Shown: in pieces, positions 1-9,825 of the stretch | How the letters are laid out: every line of letters begins with the position of its first letter | How positions within the stretch are numbered: position 1 is the first letter of the stretch | NCBI GenBank assembly: GCA_963718525.1 | Contig: OY970355.1 | Coordinates: forward strand, 992,001-1,056,000 | DNA: 64,000 bases | Reading direction: 5' to 3' | Source of the DNA: Candidatus Dormiibacterota bacterium | Lineage (GTDB): Bacteria; Chloroflexota; Dormibacteria; Aeolococcales; Aeolococcaceae | Made by a program: the position numbers and the translations under genes | The notes under the pieces: generated by a model | Databases searched by the model: none | Told to the model about the DNA's origin: nothing | The model's input: only the letters and a program-made list of their open reading frames with translations

Positions 1-329
1 TGGGTCCCGCCAAGGCAGCGCTCGAGGCGATCGTCAGGTACCTCGCACGCGAGCTTGGGCCTCGCGGCATCAGGGTCAACACCATCTCCGCCGGGCCACT
101 CGAGACCATCGCGGCGCGTTCGATCCCTGGTTTCGAAACCCTCAAATCATCCTGGGGACGGCATTCGCCACTCGGCTGGGACAGCTCCGACAGCGGACCG
201 GTCGCCGACGCGACGGCATTCCTGCTCAGCAACCTGGCGCGCGGCATCACCGGCGAGATGATTCATGTCGACGGCGGCTATCACTCACAAGGAGCACCCA
301 CCATCGAGCCCGCGGAGGCGAAGGCATGA
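1..329 (+). CDS. fabI: enoyl-ACP reductase, C-terminal part (truncated by window start)
   Basis: Frame from base 3 reads GPAKAALEAIVRYLARELGPRGIRVNTISAGP...GITGEMIHVDGG; TGA 327-329 overlaps the fabF ATG (ATGA). Confidence 0.85.
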   Translation, partial: GPAKAALEAIVRYLARELGPRGIRVNTISAGPLETIAARSIPGFETLKSSWGRHSPLGWDSSDSGPVADATAFLLSNLARGITGEMIHVDGGYHSQGAPTIEPAEAKA

Positions 330-1582
330 GCGGCAGCAACGGCAGCACGCGCGTGGCGATCACCGGCATCGGCGCCGTGACCCCCCTCGGCCTCGACGCG
401 GAATCAACGTGGCAGTCGTGCCGCAAGGGTCACGGCGGCATTGGGCCGATCACCGCCTTCGACGCGTCGCACCTCACCACCCATATTGCCGGCGAGGTGA
501 AGGGCTTCGACCCCGAAGCCGTGCTCGGCAAGAAGGAAGCGCGGCGCACCAGCCGGTGCACGCAACTCGCGCTCTTCGCCGCTCGCCAGGCGATCGAGGA
601 CTCGGGCCTGGACATCCGCCCGATCGCGGAGGACGTCGGGGTGCTGGTCGCCTCGGGGGTGGGCGGCATCGAGGTGATCGAGCGCAACGTCCTCGCCCTG
701 TACAACCAGGGCCCGAGGCGGGTGTCGCCGTTCACGGTGCCGTCGATGATCATCGACATGCCCGCCGGGGCGATCGCGATCGACTGCGGGGCGAAGGGGG
801 TGAACTACGCGATCGTCAGCGCGTGCTCATCGTCCGGTCACGCCATCGGCGAGGCCGCGGAATGGATCCGACGGGGTGAGGCCACCGCGATCATCACGGG
901 CGGCACCGAGGCGTCGATCACCAACATCAGCGTCGCCGCGTTCGATGCGATGCAGGCGCTGTCGACGCGCAACGACGAACCCGAGCGCGCCTCGCGACCG
1001 TTCGACAAGGATCGCGATGGCTTTGTCATGGGCGAGGGCGCCGGGATGTTCGTGGTCGAGGAGTGGGGGCACGCGGTCGCGCGCGGCGCGCGCATCTACG
1101 GCGAGGTGGCCGGCTACGGCGCAACCGCCGACGCCTTTCACATCACCCAACCCGACGAGCAGGGTGACGGTGCCCGGCGCTGCATCCTGCGGTCATTGAA
1201 ACGGGCCGGCCGCGAGCCCGATGAGGTCGACTACATCAACGCGCACGGGACCTCAACGCAGATGAACGATGCGGCCGAAACCCGCGCGGTGAAAGCGGCT
1301 TTCGGCCCTCAGGCCGGCACCATCCCGATGTCGTCGACGAAGTCCATGCACGGCCATCTGCTGGGTGCTGCAGGTGCGGTCGAGGCGGTCATCACGATTC
1401 TTGCCATTCGTGACCAATTCGTGCCGCCCACGGTGAATCTTGACGAGCCCGACCCCGAGTGCGACCTCGACTACGTGCCCAACCACGGGAGGGAGGCTCG
1501 AATCGACTTCGCCCTCAGCACGTCGTACGGATTTGGCGGCCACAACGTGTGCCTGGCGCTGGCACGTGCGGATGGAGCCTGA
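326..1582 (+). CDS. fabF: beta-ketoacyl-ACP synthase II
   Basis: SACSS catalytic Cys, INAHGTST, KSMHGHLLGAAG, GFGGHN motifs. Confidence 0.95.
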   Translation: MSGSNGSTRVAITGIGAVTPLGLDAESTWQSCRKGHGGIGPITAFDASHLTTHIAGEVKGFDPEAVLGKKEARRTSRCTQLALFAARQAIEDSGLDIRPIAEDVGVLVASGVGGIEVIERNVLALYNQGPRRVSPFTVPSMIIDMPAGAIAIDCGAKGVNYAIVSACSSSGHAIGEAAEWIRRGEATAIITGGTEASITNISVAAFDAMQALSTRNDEPERASRPFDKDRDGFVMGEGAGMFVVEEWGHAVARGARIYGEVAGYGATADAFHITQPDEQGDGARRCILRSLKRAGREPDEVDYINAHGTSTQMNDAAETRAVKAAFGPQAGTIPMSSTKSMHGHLLGAAGAVEAVITILAIRDQFVPPTVNLDEPDPECDLDYVPNHGREARIDFALSTSYGFGGHNVCLALARADGA

Positions 1583-2111
1583 CCGGCTGATCCGCAAGGT
1601 CGGCGGGGGCCGGATCCGGCTCTGCCGTGCCGACATCACCAGGCTGGAGGTCGACGCCGTGGTGAACGCCGCCAACGCCTCGCTGGCCGGTGGAGGCGGT
1701 GTCGACGGCGCCATCCACCGCGCGGCGGGACCTGACCTGATGCGCGAGCTGCGCCAGCGATACGAACGCTGCCCGACCGGGTCGGCGGTCATCACCGGCG
1801 CCGGGATGCTGCCGTCCCGGCACGTCATCCACGCGGTCGGCCCGCGGTGGCGTGACGGGCGTCACGGCGAGCCCGAGCAACTTGCGTCGGCGTATTCCCG
1901 CGCCTTCGAGCTCGCCTCGGAGCATTACTGCGCCACGGTCGCCGCACCGGCGATCAGCACCGGAATCTACGGGTTCCCCATCGAGCTCGCGGCGCCGATC
2001 GCAATCGACGCTGCGGCCGCAGCCCTTGCGGTGCCCGGGACGACCCTGGCCGAGGTGACATTCGCGCTGTTCAGCGACTCCGACCTCGAGGTCTTCGCGA
2101 GGGCCCTGTGA
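1572..2111 (+). CDS. macro-domain protein (O-acetyl-ADP-ribose deacetylase, YmdB-like)
   Basis: DITRLEVDAVVNAAN...GGGGVDGAIH, VIHAVGP, PAISTGIYGFP; ATG 1572 overlaps the end of fabF. Confidence 0.9.
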   Translation: MEPDRLIRKVGGGRIRLCRADITRLEVDAVVNAANASLAGGGGVDGAIHRAAGPDLMRELRQRYERCPTGSAVITGAGMLPSRHVIHAVGPRWRDGRHGEPEQLASAYSRAFELASEHYCATVAAPAISTGIYGFPIELAAPIAIDAAAAALAVPGTTLAEVTFALFSDSDLEVFARAL

Positions 2112-2149
2112 CGCCGGCTTGACGGACGCGTGGGAGGCGTGGCCATAGA

Positions 2150-3460
2150 GTGGGCAACGCCTTGTCTCAACGCCCTCGGTGGTTTGCCGCCGCCATCATC
2201 GCCGTCTCCTCGATCGTCATCGCCCACTACGTCCAGGTCTGGGCGGTGGTCCCGGCCTCGCTCGCGCCGACGAGCGACTTCGCCGGGACCTATGTTGCGG
2301 CGACCCTGATCCGCGACGGTCACGCCGAGCAGATCTACGACACCGCAGCCGAACGCCGGACGCTGGTCGAGAGCGGCGCTCCAACCGGTCACGACAACAT
2401 CCCGTTCGAGAATCCGCCGTCGGCGGCCGTGGTCGTGGTGCCGTTCACGCTCCTCAATGCCGGTGCCGCCTGGCGCGCCTGGTCCCTCCTCCAACTCGCG
2501 GTGATGCTGCTGGCGCTCGTCATGGTCACGCGCGCAGCCCCATGGCCGGCGGCATTCACGAGGCGGCCGCGCCTGGCAATGGTGCTCCTGGCGCTCGCGG
2601 GTTTCGGCACCGGGCTGCTCTTCCTGGAAGGGCAGTGGGACGGAGTCTCAGTCCTCGGCCTCGCCGGGGCGTACGTGCTCTGGCGGCGGGATCGCCCCGG
2701 GGCCGCCGGGTTCGCCCTCGGCTTCACCGCGGCCATCGCCAAACCCCAACTGGTGATCGGGATCGCCGCCTACATGGTCGGGAAGCGCGACTGGCGCGCC
2801 GTCGGTGGCGCGCTGGTGGGAGCCGCGGCCAGCATCGCGATCGGATTGGTCGGAGCCGGACCGCACGCGCTCGTCGCCTTCGCGGCGGCGATCGCGACGC
2901 CGAGCAACTCCCCGACGGCGCAGATGCAGGGGACGAGCGGCCTGTTCGGGTCCCTCCTGGGTCATGCGCCCGGGGTGTTCCTGCTGGCCGTCGGCGCCGG
3001 GGTGGCGGCGGCGGGTGTGGCGGGGTGGCTCGGCAGCGTGGCCCACCGGCGCCCGGACCTCTTCGAACCGTCGCTCTGCGGAGCGGTGGCGCTGTCGCTG
3101 TTCGCGTCGCCACACCTGCTGGGACATGACCTCACCCTTATGGCCCCCATGCTTGTTGTTGGCGTTGCCTGGCTGGCCGGCCGACCAGGGGAGGGATCGT
3201 GGCCAGGTCGCGCAACGCTCGGCGTCGTGAGCCTCTGGGTGCTGCTCTCCGCGGCCAGCTTCGAGGACCTGGCGCAGAACGCCGTGGGCCTGCCGGGAAG
3301 GGCAACGCCGTGGGTCCTGCTCGTCACCGCCGCGGCCTGGTGCGGGCTGGTCGCGAGAGCCGCACGGTCTCCGGCGGCGGGCATGTCGCTCAGCCGTGTC
3401 GCACGAAACGAACCGTCCGGCGCGTATGCACGACCCGAGAGTCCATCGGGACGATACTGA
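2150..3460 (+). CDS. GT87/DUF2029-type membrane glycosyltransferase
   Basis: DF motif after TM1, PFENPP, GQWD, KPQL, HDL; many hydrophobic helices. Confidence 0.75.
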   Translation: MGNALSQRPRWFAAAIIAVSSIVIAHYVQVWAVVPASLAPTSDFAGTYVAATLIRDGHAEQIYDTAAERRTLVESGAPTGHDNIPFENPPSAAVVVVPFTLLNAGAAWRAWSLLQLAVMLLALVMVTRAAPWPAAFTRRPRLAMVLLALAGFGTGLLFLEGQWDGVSVLGLAGAYVLWRRDRPGAAGFALGFTAAIAKPQLVIGIAAYMVGKRDWRAVGGALVGAAASIAIGLVGAGPHALVAFAAAIATPSNSPTAQMQGTSGLFGSLLGHAPGVFLLAVGAGVAAAGVAGWLGSVAHRRPDLFEPSLCGAVALSLFASPHLLGHDLTLMAPMLVVGVAWLAGRPGEGSWPGRATLGVVSLWVLLSAASFEDLAQNAVGLPGRATPWVLLVTAAAWCGLVARAARSPAAGMSLSRVARNEPSGAYARPESPSGRY

Positions 3461-3905
3461 TCGTCCCGTCGGGTTCGAGCACGCCGAGACGCACGTCCGC
3501 GACGCCGTCGACCCCGTGCTCGCGGATGGCCGTCTCCACCGCCTCGCGGTCGACCCCTTCGCGCTCCATCGCGCCCTCGATGTACCGCCCGCCTTCGATG
3601 ATCATTCGTGGCGGGGGGACCAGCAGCCGGTGGAATATACGATTGGCGTCGAGCCGCGAGATCAGGAAGTTGAACAGGACGAGCGTGGCGATGATGATCA
3701 GGCCACCGAGGAGCGAGCTGTCCGGGCCCGTCATCGCGGGCTGGACCGCGTTGGCGACCAGAAGTATCAGAACCAGGTCATAGAGGGTGAACTGGCCCAG
3801 CTCGCGCTTGCCGAACAGGCGCAGCGCGACGAGCAGGACCGCGTCGATGACGATGCACCGAACAACGAACTCCCATGCGGGGATGCCGAGCTGAAAGAGA
3901 TCCAT
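3390..3905 (-). CDS. DUF421/YetF-family membrane protein
   Basis: RLFGKRELGQFTLYDLV; LEPDGTISIV. Confidence 0.85.
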   Translation of the reverse strand: MDLFQLGIPAWEFVVRCIVIDAVLLVALRLFGKRELGQFTLYDLVLILLVANAVQPAMTGPDSSLLGGLIIIATLVLFNFLISRLDANRIFHRLLVPPPRMIIEGGRYIEGAMEREGVDREAVETAIREHGVDGVADVRLGVLEPDGTISIVPMDSRVVHTRRTVRFVRHG

Positions 3906-3988
3906 GTGTCCGCTCCTAGTTGAATCGGTGTTGTGATGGGTACGTTCATACAGATGAAAGGCCTGGGGAGCAGGATGAGAACGGCATC

Positions 3989-5134
3989 ATGAACAGAGGC
4001 GGCGTCCCGATCGCCCGTATCGCCGGAATCAGGGTCTCGGCGGACTGGAGTGTGCTGCTGATCGGCGCTCTGCTCGCCTGGGGCGTGGCCGTCGGTGCGG
4101 TGCCGGCGGCGGTGCCGGGTACACCGGCGTGGCTTGCATGGATCGTCGGCGCAACCGCCGCGCTGCTGCTGATCGCATCGCTCACGGCGCATGAGCTCGG
4201 CCACGCTCTGCTCGCGCGGCGGCGCGGCATCGCCGTCGAGGGCATCAAGCTCTGGCTGTTCGGCGGCGTTGCTCAGATGAGCGGCGACTGGATGACCGGC
4301 AAGACCGAGATGCTCGTGGCCGCAGTCGGACCTGCGATCACCCTCGTCCTCACGGGATTCTTCGTCGGGTCGTCGTGGCTCCTGGTGCAGCTCGGCGCGC
4401 CACCCCTTGTGATCGTCGTCGCCGAGTGGCTCGCAGCGGTCAACCTGCTGCTCTTCGTCTTCAACCTCATTCCCGCCTTCCCGCTCGACGGCGGTCGGAT
4501 ACTTCGTGGCTTCCTCTGGACCCGGACCAAGAACCGGATGACGGCGACTGTCGCGGCGTCTCGCGCCGGACGTTTCTTCGCGGTCGTCCTCATCGGCTTG
4601 GGCGTGCTCGACCTCTTCTTCGTGGACCCGGTCGGCGGGCTGTGGCTGATGCTGATCGGATGGTTCCTGGACAGCGCCGCGCGCGGCGAGGCCCACGGCG
4701 AGCAGGCGCGCCACGCCCTCGAGGGCGTGCTCGTCGCCGACGTGATGTCGAAGAATCCGGTCGTCGTGCCGTCATGGATCACGGTCGAGCTGCTCGTCGA
4801 GCAATACGTGATGGGGCATCAGTTCACGTCCTTCCCGACTCACAGCATCGACGGCCGCATCGACGGCCTGGTGACGATGCGAGGCATCAAGCAGGTCCCC
4901 GTGCAGCAGCGCGCCAAGCGTCGTGCCATCGACATCGCGATCCCCATCGACCGTGTGCCGATTGCGCGCCAGGACGAGAACATCACCGACCTGCTGAAGC
5001 GCATCGGACCGGTGTCCGACGGCCGCGCGATGGTCTATGACGGGGGCACGCTCGTCGGGGTCGTGTCGCCGAGCGACGTCGCGCGCCTGTTCCAGGGCGG
5101 CCCCGGACGCGCCGCCACGCGGGTCGCCGCCTAG
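3989..5134 (+). CDS. site-2 protease (M50) with CBS domains
   Basis: HELGH, NLIPAFPLDGG, C-terminal CBS pair. Confidence 0.9.
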   Translation: MNRGGVPIARIAGIRVSADWSVLLIGALLAWGVAVGAVPAAVPGTPAWLAWIVGATAALLLIASLTAHELGHALLARRRGIAVEGIKLWLFGGVAQMSGDWMTGKTEMLVAAVGPAITLVLTGFFVGSSWLLVQLGAPPLVIVVAEWLAAVNLLLFVFNLIPAFPLDGGRILRGFLWTRTKNRMTATVAASRAGRFFAVVLIGLGVLDLFFVDPVGGLWLMLIGWFLDSAARGEAHGEQARHALEGVLVADVMSKNPVVVPSWITVELLVEQYVMGHQFTSFPTHSIDGRIDGLVTMRGIKQVPVQQRAKRRAIDIAIPIDRVPIARQDENITDLLKRIGPVSDGRAMVYDGGTLVGVVSPSDVARLFQGGPGRAATRVAA

Positions 5135-6168
5135 CCTTCGTCGCCGACGCTGAGGATCAACTTTCCTCGGTTCTCGCCGCTGTAGAGCTTGAGCAACGTC
5201 TCGGGAAAGCGCTCCATGCCTGCGACCACGTCCTCGACGGATTTGAGGCGGCCCTCGGCGATCCACCCGGCCAGCGCCAGTGCGGCTTCGCCGTACCGCT
5301 TCGCGAAATCGAACACGAGGAATCCCTCCATGCGCGCGCGATCGACGAGCAGCGCCATGTAGTTCGACGGGCCGCGCACACGAGCTTCGTTGTTGTATTG
5401 CGAGATCGACCCGCAGATCACGATGCGCGCACGGCGCGCGAGCCTGGTGAGGACGGTGTCGAGGATCTCGCCGCCGACGTTGTCGAAGTACACGTTCACC
5501 CGGTCCGGGCAGTGCTCGCGCAATGCTGCGTGGACATCCTCGTTCTTGTAGTCGATCGCCGCGTCAAAGCCGAGCTCCTCGACGATCAGCCGGCACTTCT
5601 CCGGCCCACCCGCGATCCCGACGGCCCGACAGCCCTTGATCCGGGCGATCTGGCCGACGATCTGACCCACTGCGCCCGCGGCCGCTGAGACGACGACCGT
5701 CTCACCCGCGACCGGCTTGCCGATCTCGAGCAGGCCGAAATAGGCGGTCATCCCGGGCATACCCAGCACGCTCAGGTACTTGGTCAGCGGTGCCGCGCCG
5801 GCATCGACGCGGATCACTCCCCGGCCGTCGCTGAGTGCGTAATCCTGAACACCGAACATGCCGCTGACGTGGTCGCCGATCTTGAAGTCGGGGTGCTCCG
5901 AGGCGATGACCCGTCCAATCCCGCCCGCCCGCATGACCTCCCCGATGCCGACCGGCGGCACGTAGGAGCGTCCCTCGTTCATCCAGCCGCGCATGGCCGG
6001 GTCCAGCGAGACGTAGAGCACGCGCACCAGGAAATCTCCACCGGCGAGTGCGGGAATCGGCTCCGTGAGGAACTCCCAGTCGGCTTCGACCGGAAGCCCC
6101 TTCGGACGCGCCGCGAGGCGCCACTGGCGGTTGACGGGGGCGCCGTCAGGCGCGGGTGTCGCAGTCAT
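5131..6168 (-). CDS. NADP-dependent oxidoreductase (CurA/prostaglandin reductase family)
   Basis: SLDPAMRGWM, GMPGMTAYFGL, AAAGAVG, YFDNVGG. Confidence 0.9.
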   Translation of the reverse strand: MTATPAPDGAPVNRQWRLAARPKGLPVEADWEFLTEPIPALAGGDFLVRVLYVSLDPAMRGWMNEGRSYVPPVGIGEVMRAGGIGRVIASEHPDFKIGDHVSGMFGVQDYALSDGRGVIRVDAGAAPLTKYLSVLGMPGMTAYFGLLEIGKPVAGETVVVSAAAGAVGQIVGQIARIKGCRAVGIAGGPEKCRLIVEELGFDAAIDYKNEDVHAALREHCPDRVNVYFDNVGGEILDTVLTRLARRARIVICGSISQYNNEARVRGPSNYMALLVDRARMEGFLVFDFAKRYGEAALALAGWIAEGRLKSVEDVVAGMERFPETLLKLYSGENRGKLILSVGDEG

Positions 6169-6208
6169 CGCATCAGACTACGCGCGATGGGCTGGTAGGC
6201 TCTGGCCA

Positions 6209-7084
6209 ATGCTGGGCGCCGGACTCATACTCTTTCTCGCCGCGCTCCAGGGAATCACCGAACTCTTTCCGGTGTCCTCGTTGGGGCATGCAGTGGTCGT
6301 TCCACGGCTGATCGGGCTCAATTTCAATGAGACCAGCCCGGCGTTCGTCCCGGTGCTCGCGCTCCTCCACCTCGGGACCGCCGCCGCACTGCTCTTCCTG
6401 TACCGGCGCGACTGGGCACGGATCATCTCCGGGTTCGTCCGCGCCGCCGTCCGCGGGCGCATCGAAGACCCGGACCAGCGCCTGGCGATCATGTTGGTGG
6501 TGGGGACCGTGCCGACCGGGATCATCGGATTCCTCCTTCAGGACCCGCTGAAGTCGCTGTTTGGCGATCCCCGAGCCGCCTCAGTCTTCCTCATCGTCAA
6601 CGGCGGCATCCTCTTTGCCGCAGAGATGTTCCGGCGCCGGGACGAGAAGCGCCGCGCGCTGGGCGGTGCCCCAGTGCTCGCCCACGAGGAGGACGATCCG
6701 GCCTACCAGCCCATCGAGGGCCTGAGCCTGCGCACCGCGCTGATCGTCGGATTCTTCCAGGCTGGTGCACTGCTTCCGGGGATCTCACGTTCGGGGATCA
6801 CCATGGCTGCCGGGCTCGTCGCAGGCCTCCGCCACGAGGAGGCAGCGCGCTTTGCCTTCCTGCTCGCCACCCCCATCATCCTGGCGGCAGGTCTGCTCGA
6901 GGTGCCCAATCTCGGGGCTGACGCTCCCACCCTTGGGGTTGGCATCGCCGCCGCCGCGCTGGCAGGAATCGTCGCTTACGCAAGTGCCCGTTTCCTGCTT
7001 CGTTACCTCAGACTCGGACGTCTGGACCCCTTCGCGTATTACTGTGCCGCTCTCGGGTCCGCGGGCCTCGTCTTCATCCACTGA
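6209..7084 (+). CDS. uppP: undecaprenyl-diphosphate phosphatase (BacA/UppP)
   Basis: QGITELFPVSSLGH and PGISRSG motifs. Confidence 0.9.
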   Translation: MLGAGLILFLAALQGITELFPVSSLGHAVVVPRLIGLNFNETSPAFVPVLALLHLGTAAALLFLYRRDWARIISGFVRAAVRGRIEDPDQRLAIMLVVGTVPTGIIGFLLQDPLKSLFGDPRAASVFLIVNGGILFAAEMFRRRDEKRRALGGAPVLAHEEDDPAYQPIEGLSLRTALIVGFFQAGALLPGISRSGITMAAGLVAGLRHEEAARFAFLLATPIILAAGLLEVPNLGADAPTLGVGIAAAALAGIVAYASARFLLRYLRLGRLDPFAYYCAALGSAGLVFIH

Positions 7085-7159
7085 AGGTCGTGAACCGACT
7101 GTCGAACGCTGAAATGTCTTCGTACCGTAGGCACGGCCGCACTCACCGGGGGATCTCTT

Positions 7160-7369
7160 ATGCGGGGTAGCCGCCCACTCGCGCTAGCGCTGCTTGTGCT
7201 GGCCGTGATCTTCGCCATCATGGCGATCTTCTACTTCACCCAGAAGACCAGCTTCCTTGCGTCCGGCCCTCCGGCGACGCACTGGAAGCACGCGATCGTC
7301 TTCACCGTGCTCACGCTGCTCGCCGTTGTCGCGGCGAACTTTGCGCGCCCGAAGTCCATCACGGCCTGA
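7160..7369 (+). CDS. small two-TM membrane protein
   Basis: 69-aa ORF with two hydrophobic segments and GC3-rich codons. Confidence 0.65.
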   Translation: MRGSRPLALALLVLAVIFAIMAIFYFTQKTSFLASGPPATHWKHAIVFTVLTLLAVVAANFARPKSITA

Positions 7370-7376
7370 CCGCCCC

Positions 7377-7871
7377 TTGCCTCTGACACCCGACCGGGCG
7401 GCGCAGATCTATCGCGAGACCTTCAGCGGCACGCGACGAGAGCGACTGTTTCTGTCGTCTGTGTCATTTTTCACGACGTTTGCGGCGACGCGTGCGATCA
7501 CGCACGCGATTCGCGATGGCGTGGGGCCGTTTCACAACCTCACCGTGGGCGGCCGCCACTTCCATCACCTCGTGCTCGGCATCGCCGGTCTCCTCGGTAC
7601 GGGGTACCTCTGGTTGATCGAGGTCAACACCGCGGGGAGGACCAAGGGTACTGACGATGCGCTCGCGAAATTCACGTCCGTCCTGTACGGTGGTGCGGCG
7701 GCGCTCACGCTTGACGAGTTCGCGCTGTGGCTGGATCTCGAAGACGTGTACTGGACCAAGCAGGGACGCGCGAGTGTTGACGCGGTGGTGCTGTTCGGCG
7801 GCGTGCTCTCCATCGGATTGTGGGGCGGACCGTTCTTCCGGCGCCTGTTCCGCGAGCTCTCACACGTCTGA
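7377..7871 (+). CDS. conserved membrane protein
   Basis: HFHHLVLGI and LTLDEFALWLDLEDVYW motifs; TTG start inferred. Confidence 0.7.
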   Translation: MPLTPDRAAQIYRETFSGTRRERLFLSSVSFFTTFAATRAITHAIRDGVGPFHNLTVGGRHFHHLVLGIAGLLGTGYLWLIEVNTAGRTKGTDDALAKFTSVLYGGAAALTLDEFALWLDLEDVYWTKQGRASVDAVVLFGGVLSIGLWGGPFFRRLFRELSHV

Positions 7872-7883
7872 ACGCCGGCGCGC

Positions 7884-9455
7884 TCACCAGGAATCGACGT
7901 AGCGGCGTTTCGGCGGCTTTGGCGACGGCACGTTGGGATGAAGGATCACCTCGGCAACCAGGGCTCGTGTCTCCGCCGGATCGACCACGTCATCGATCTC
8001 GAAATACGTTGCCGCGTTGACGGCGGTCCCGCGTTCGTACGCATCGGCGACCATCGCGTTGAATTGGGCCTTTCGTGCATCGGCGTCCTCGATCGAATCG
8101 AGCTCCTTTCGGTAGGCGAGCTTGACGGATCCCTCGAGTTCCATCCCTCCGAATTCGCCGGTTGGCCAGGCGACGGTTATGAGTGGAGCGCGAAAGCTGC
8201 CACCCGCCATCGCCTGCGCGCCAAGCCCGTAGCCCTTGCGCAGCACCACCGTCATGAAGGGAACCGTGAGGGCGCCTCCGGCGAGGAACATCCGGCTCGC
8301 GTGGCGCACCAGCGCCGTGGTCTCCGCGTCGGGCCCAACCATGATGCCCGGCGTGTCGCAGAGGAAGAGCACGGGCAGCCGGAACGCCTCGCACAGCTGC
8401 AGGAACCGCGCGGCCTTGTCACCGCAGTCGCTGGTGATAGCACCGGCGAGGTGCATGGGATTGTTGGCGACGATTCCCACCGGGTGGCCTTCGATTCGCG
8501 CGAGCACGGTGACCATGCCGCGCCCGAACCTCGGTCGCAGCTCGAGTGACGAGCCGGTGTCCGCGATGATCTCGACAGCGCGGTGCACGTCGTACGCGCG
8601 CCGCCGGTTCTCCGGGACCACGTCTCGCAGCGGGCGCTGATCTGGAGCTTCCCATGTCGGCACGGGTCCCTGGAAGAACGACAGTGCCTGCCGGGCGAGG
8701 CGAACCGCATCAGCCTCGTCGGTTGCGGCGATGTCGATGACGCCGTTCTTCACCTGCACGTCGAATGGTCCGACCATGTCGGCGTCGACAACACCGAGGC
8801 CGCCGCCCTCGATCATCGCCGGGCCGCCCATACCGATGCTTGCATCCGGCGTCGCGATGATCAGGTCGGAGCAGCCGAGCAGCGCCGCATTGCCGGCGAA
8901 ACAACGACCCGATGCCACCCCGATTCGCGGGACGAGCCCAGAGAGGCGTGCCCAGAGCGCGAACGCCATCACGTCGAGACCCGCGACCATCGCCTGGTCG
9001 GTGTCACCAGGCCTGCCACCGCCGCCCTCGGCGAAGAGCACGACGGGGAGCCGACGGCGCTCGATGATCTCGAAAAGACGGTCCTTCTTACGATGTCCCA
9101 TCGCTCCCTGGGTGCCCGCCAGCACGGTGTAGTCGTACGAGAGAACAGCGCAGTGGGCGCGATCCGCGCCGACAAGGCCGCCGTTCACCCGGGCGGTGCC
9201 GGCGATCAGGCCGTCGGCCGGAGTTCGACGCACCAGGTCGTCGACTGTGCGGCGGCCGCGCTGTGCAGCGATGGCGAGGCCGCCGTACTCGACGAAGCTT
9301 CCCTCGTCGCAGAGGTCGGCGATATTCTCGCGCGCCGTTCGGCGTCCTGACGCATGACGACCTGCGACGACCTCGGCGCGACTCCCGTCGCGTGTCAGGC
9401 TGCGGCGTCGAAGCGCTTCGGCCAGATCAGCGCGCGTCTGCTCGTCTTCGGGCAT
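7884..9455 (-). CDS. acyl-CoA carboxylase carboxyltransferase
   Basis: YDYTVLAGTQG, EGGGGRPGD, DTPGIMVG, RKGYGLGA. Confidence 0.9.
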   Translation of the reverse strand: MPEDEQTRADLAEALRRRSLTRDGSRAEVVAGRHASGRRTARENIADLCDEGSFVEYGGLAIAAQRGRRTVDDLVRRTPADGLIAGTARVNGGLVGADRAHCAVLSYDYTVLAGTQGAMGHRKKDRLFEIIERRRLPVVLFAEGGGGRPGDTDQAMVAGLDVMAFALWARLSGLVPRIGVASGRCFAGNAALLGCSDLIIATPDASIGMGGPAMIEGGGLGVVDADMVGPFDVQVKNGVIDIAATDEADAVRLARQALSFFQGPVPTWEAPDQRPLRDVVPENRRRAYDVHRAVEIIADTGSSLELRPRFGRGMVTVLARIEGHPVGIVANNPMHLAGAITSDCGDKAARFLQLCEAFRLPVLFLCDTPGIMVGPDAETTALVRHASRMFLAGGALTVPFMTVVLRKGYGLGAQAMAGGSFRAPLITVAWPTGEFGGMELEGSVKLAYRKELDSIEDADARKAQFNAMVADAYERGTAVNAATYFEIDDVVDPAETRALVAEVILHPNVPSPKPPKRRYVDSW

Positions 9456-9706
9456 CGTCGGAGCTTAGTGCTCCGGTGGAGGAGGCGACGCATCAGGCCA
9501 TTGCGTCGCGAGGCGCGATCACCGGCGGGGAGGAAGGCGAAGAGCTGGCGCGCGACGCGGTGACGACCTCGATCGCCGCTGAGATCTCGGCGGCGTTGTC
9601 GCGAGCACGGCGAGCAAGCTCCGGATCACGTTCCACGAGGCGCGCGCGAACGTCGGCCCGGCGAGGCCTTGGACGCTATAGGCGGACAGTGTGGATCTAG
9701 GCTTCG

Positions 9707-9808
9707 TCAGGGCGGCGGCTCCACCACGGCAATTCCGTCGGCGATATGGATGCGCCAACCCTCCTCGTGCACCACGCGGTGATGCGGCCGGCACAGAGAG
9801 ACCAGGTT
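9707..9808 (-). pseudogene. displaced 3' fragment of the DUF222/HNH gene
   Basis: Reads NLVSLCRPHHRVVHEEGWRIHIADGIAVVEPPP*, the in-frame continuation of ...TELDNLV at 33684-33692. Confidence 0.9.
9800..9808. repeat. att core, left junction of element 1 (GACCAGGTT)
   Basis: Identical 9-mer at 33684-33692; lies 17 bp before the integrase ATG. Confidence 0.9.
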
Positions 9809-9825
9809 AGTCAGTTACTGCTAAT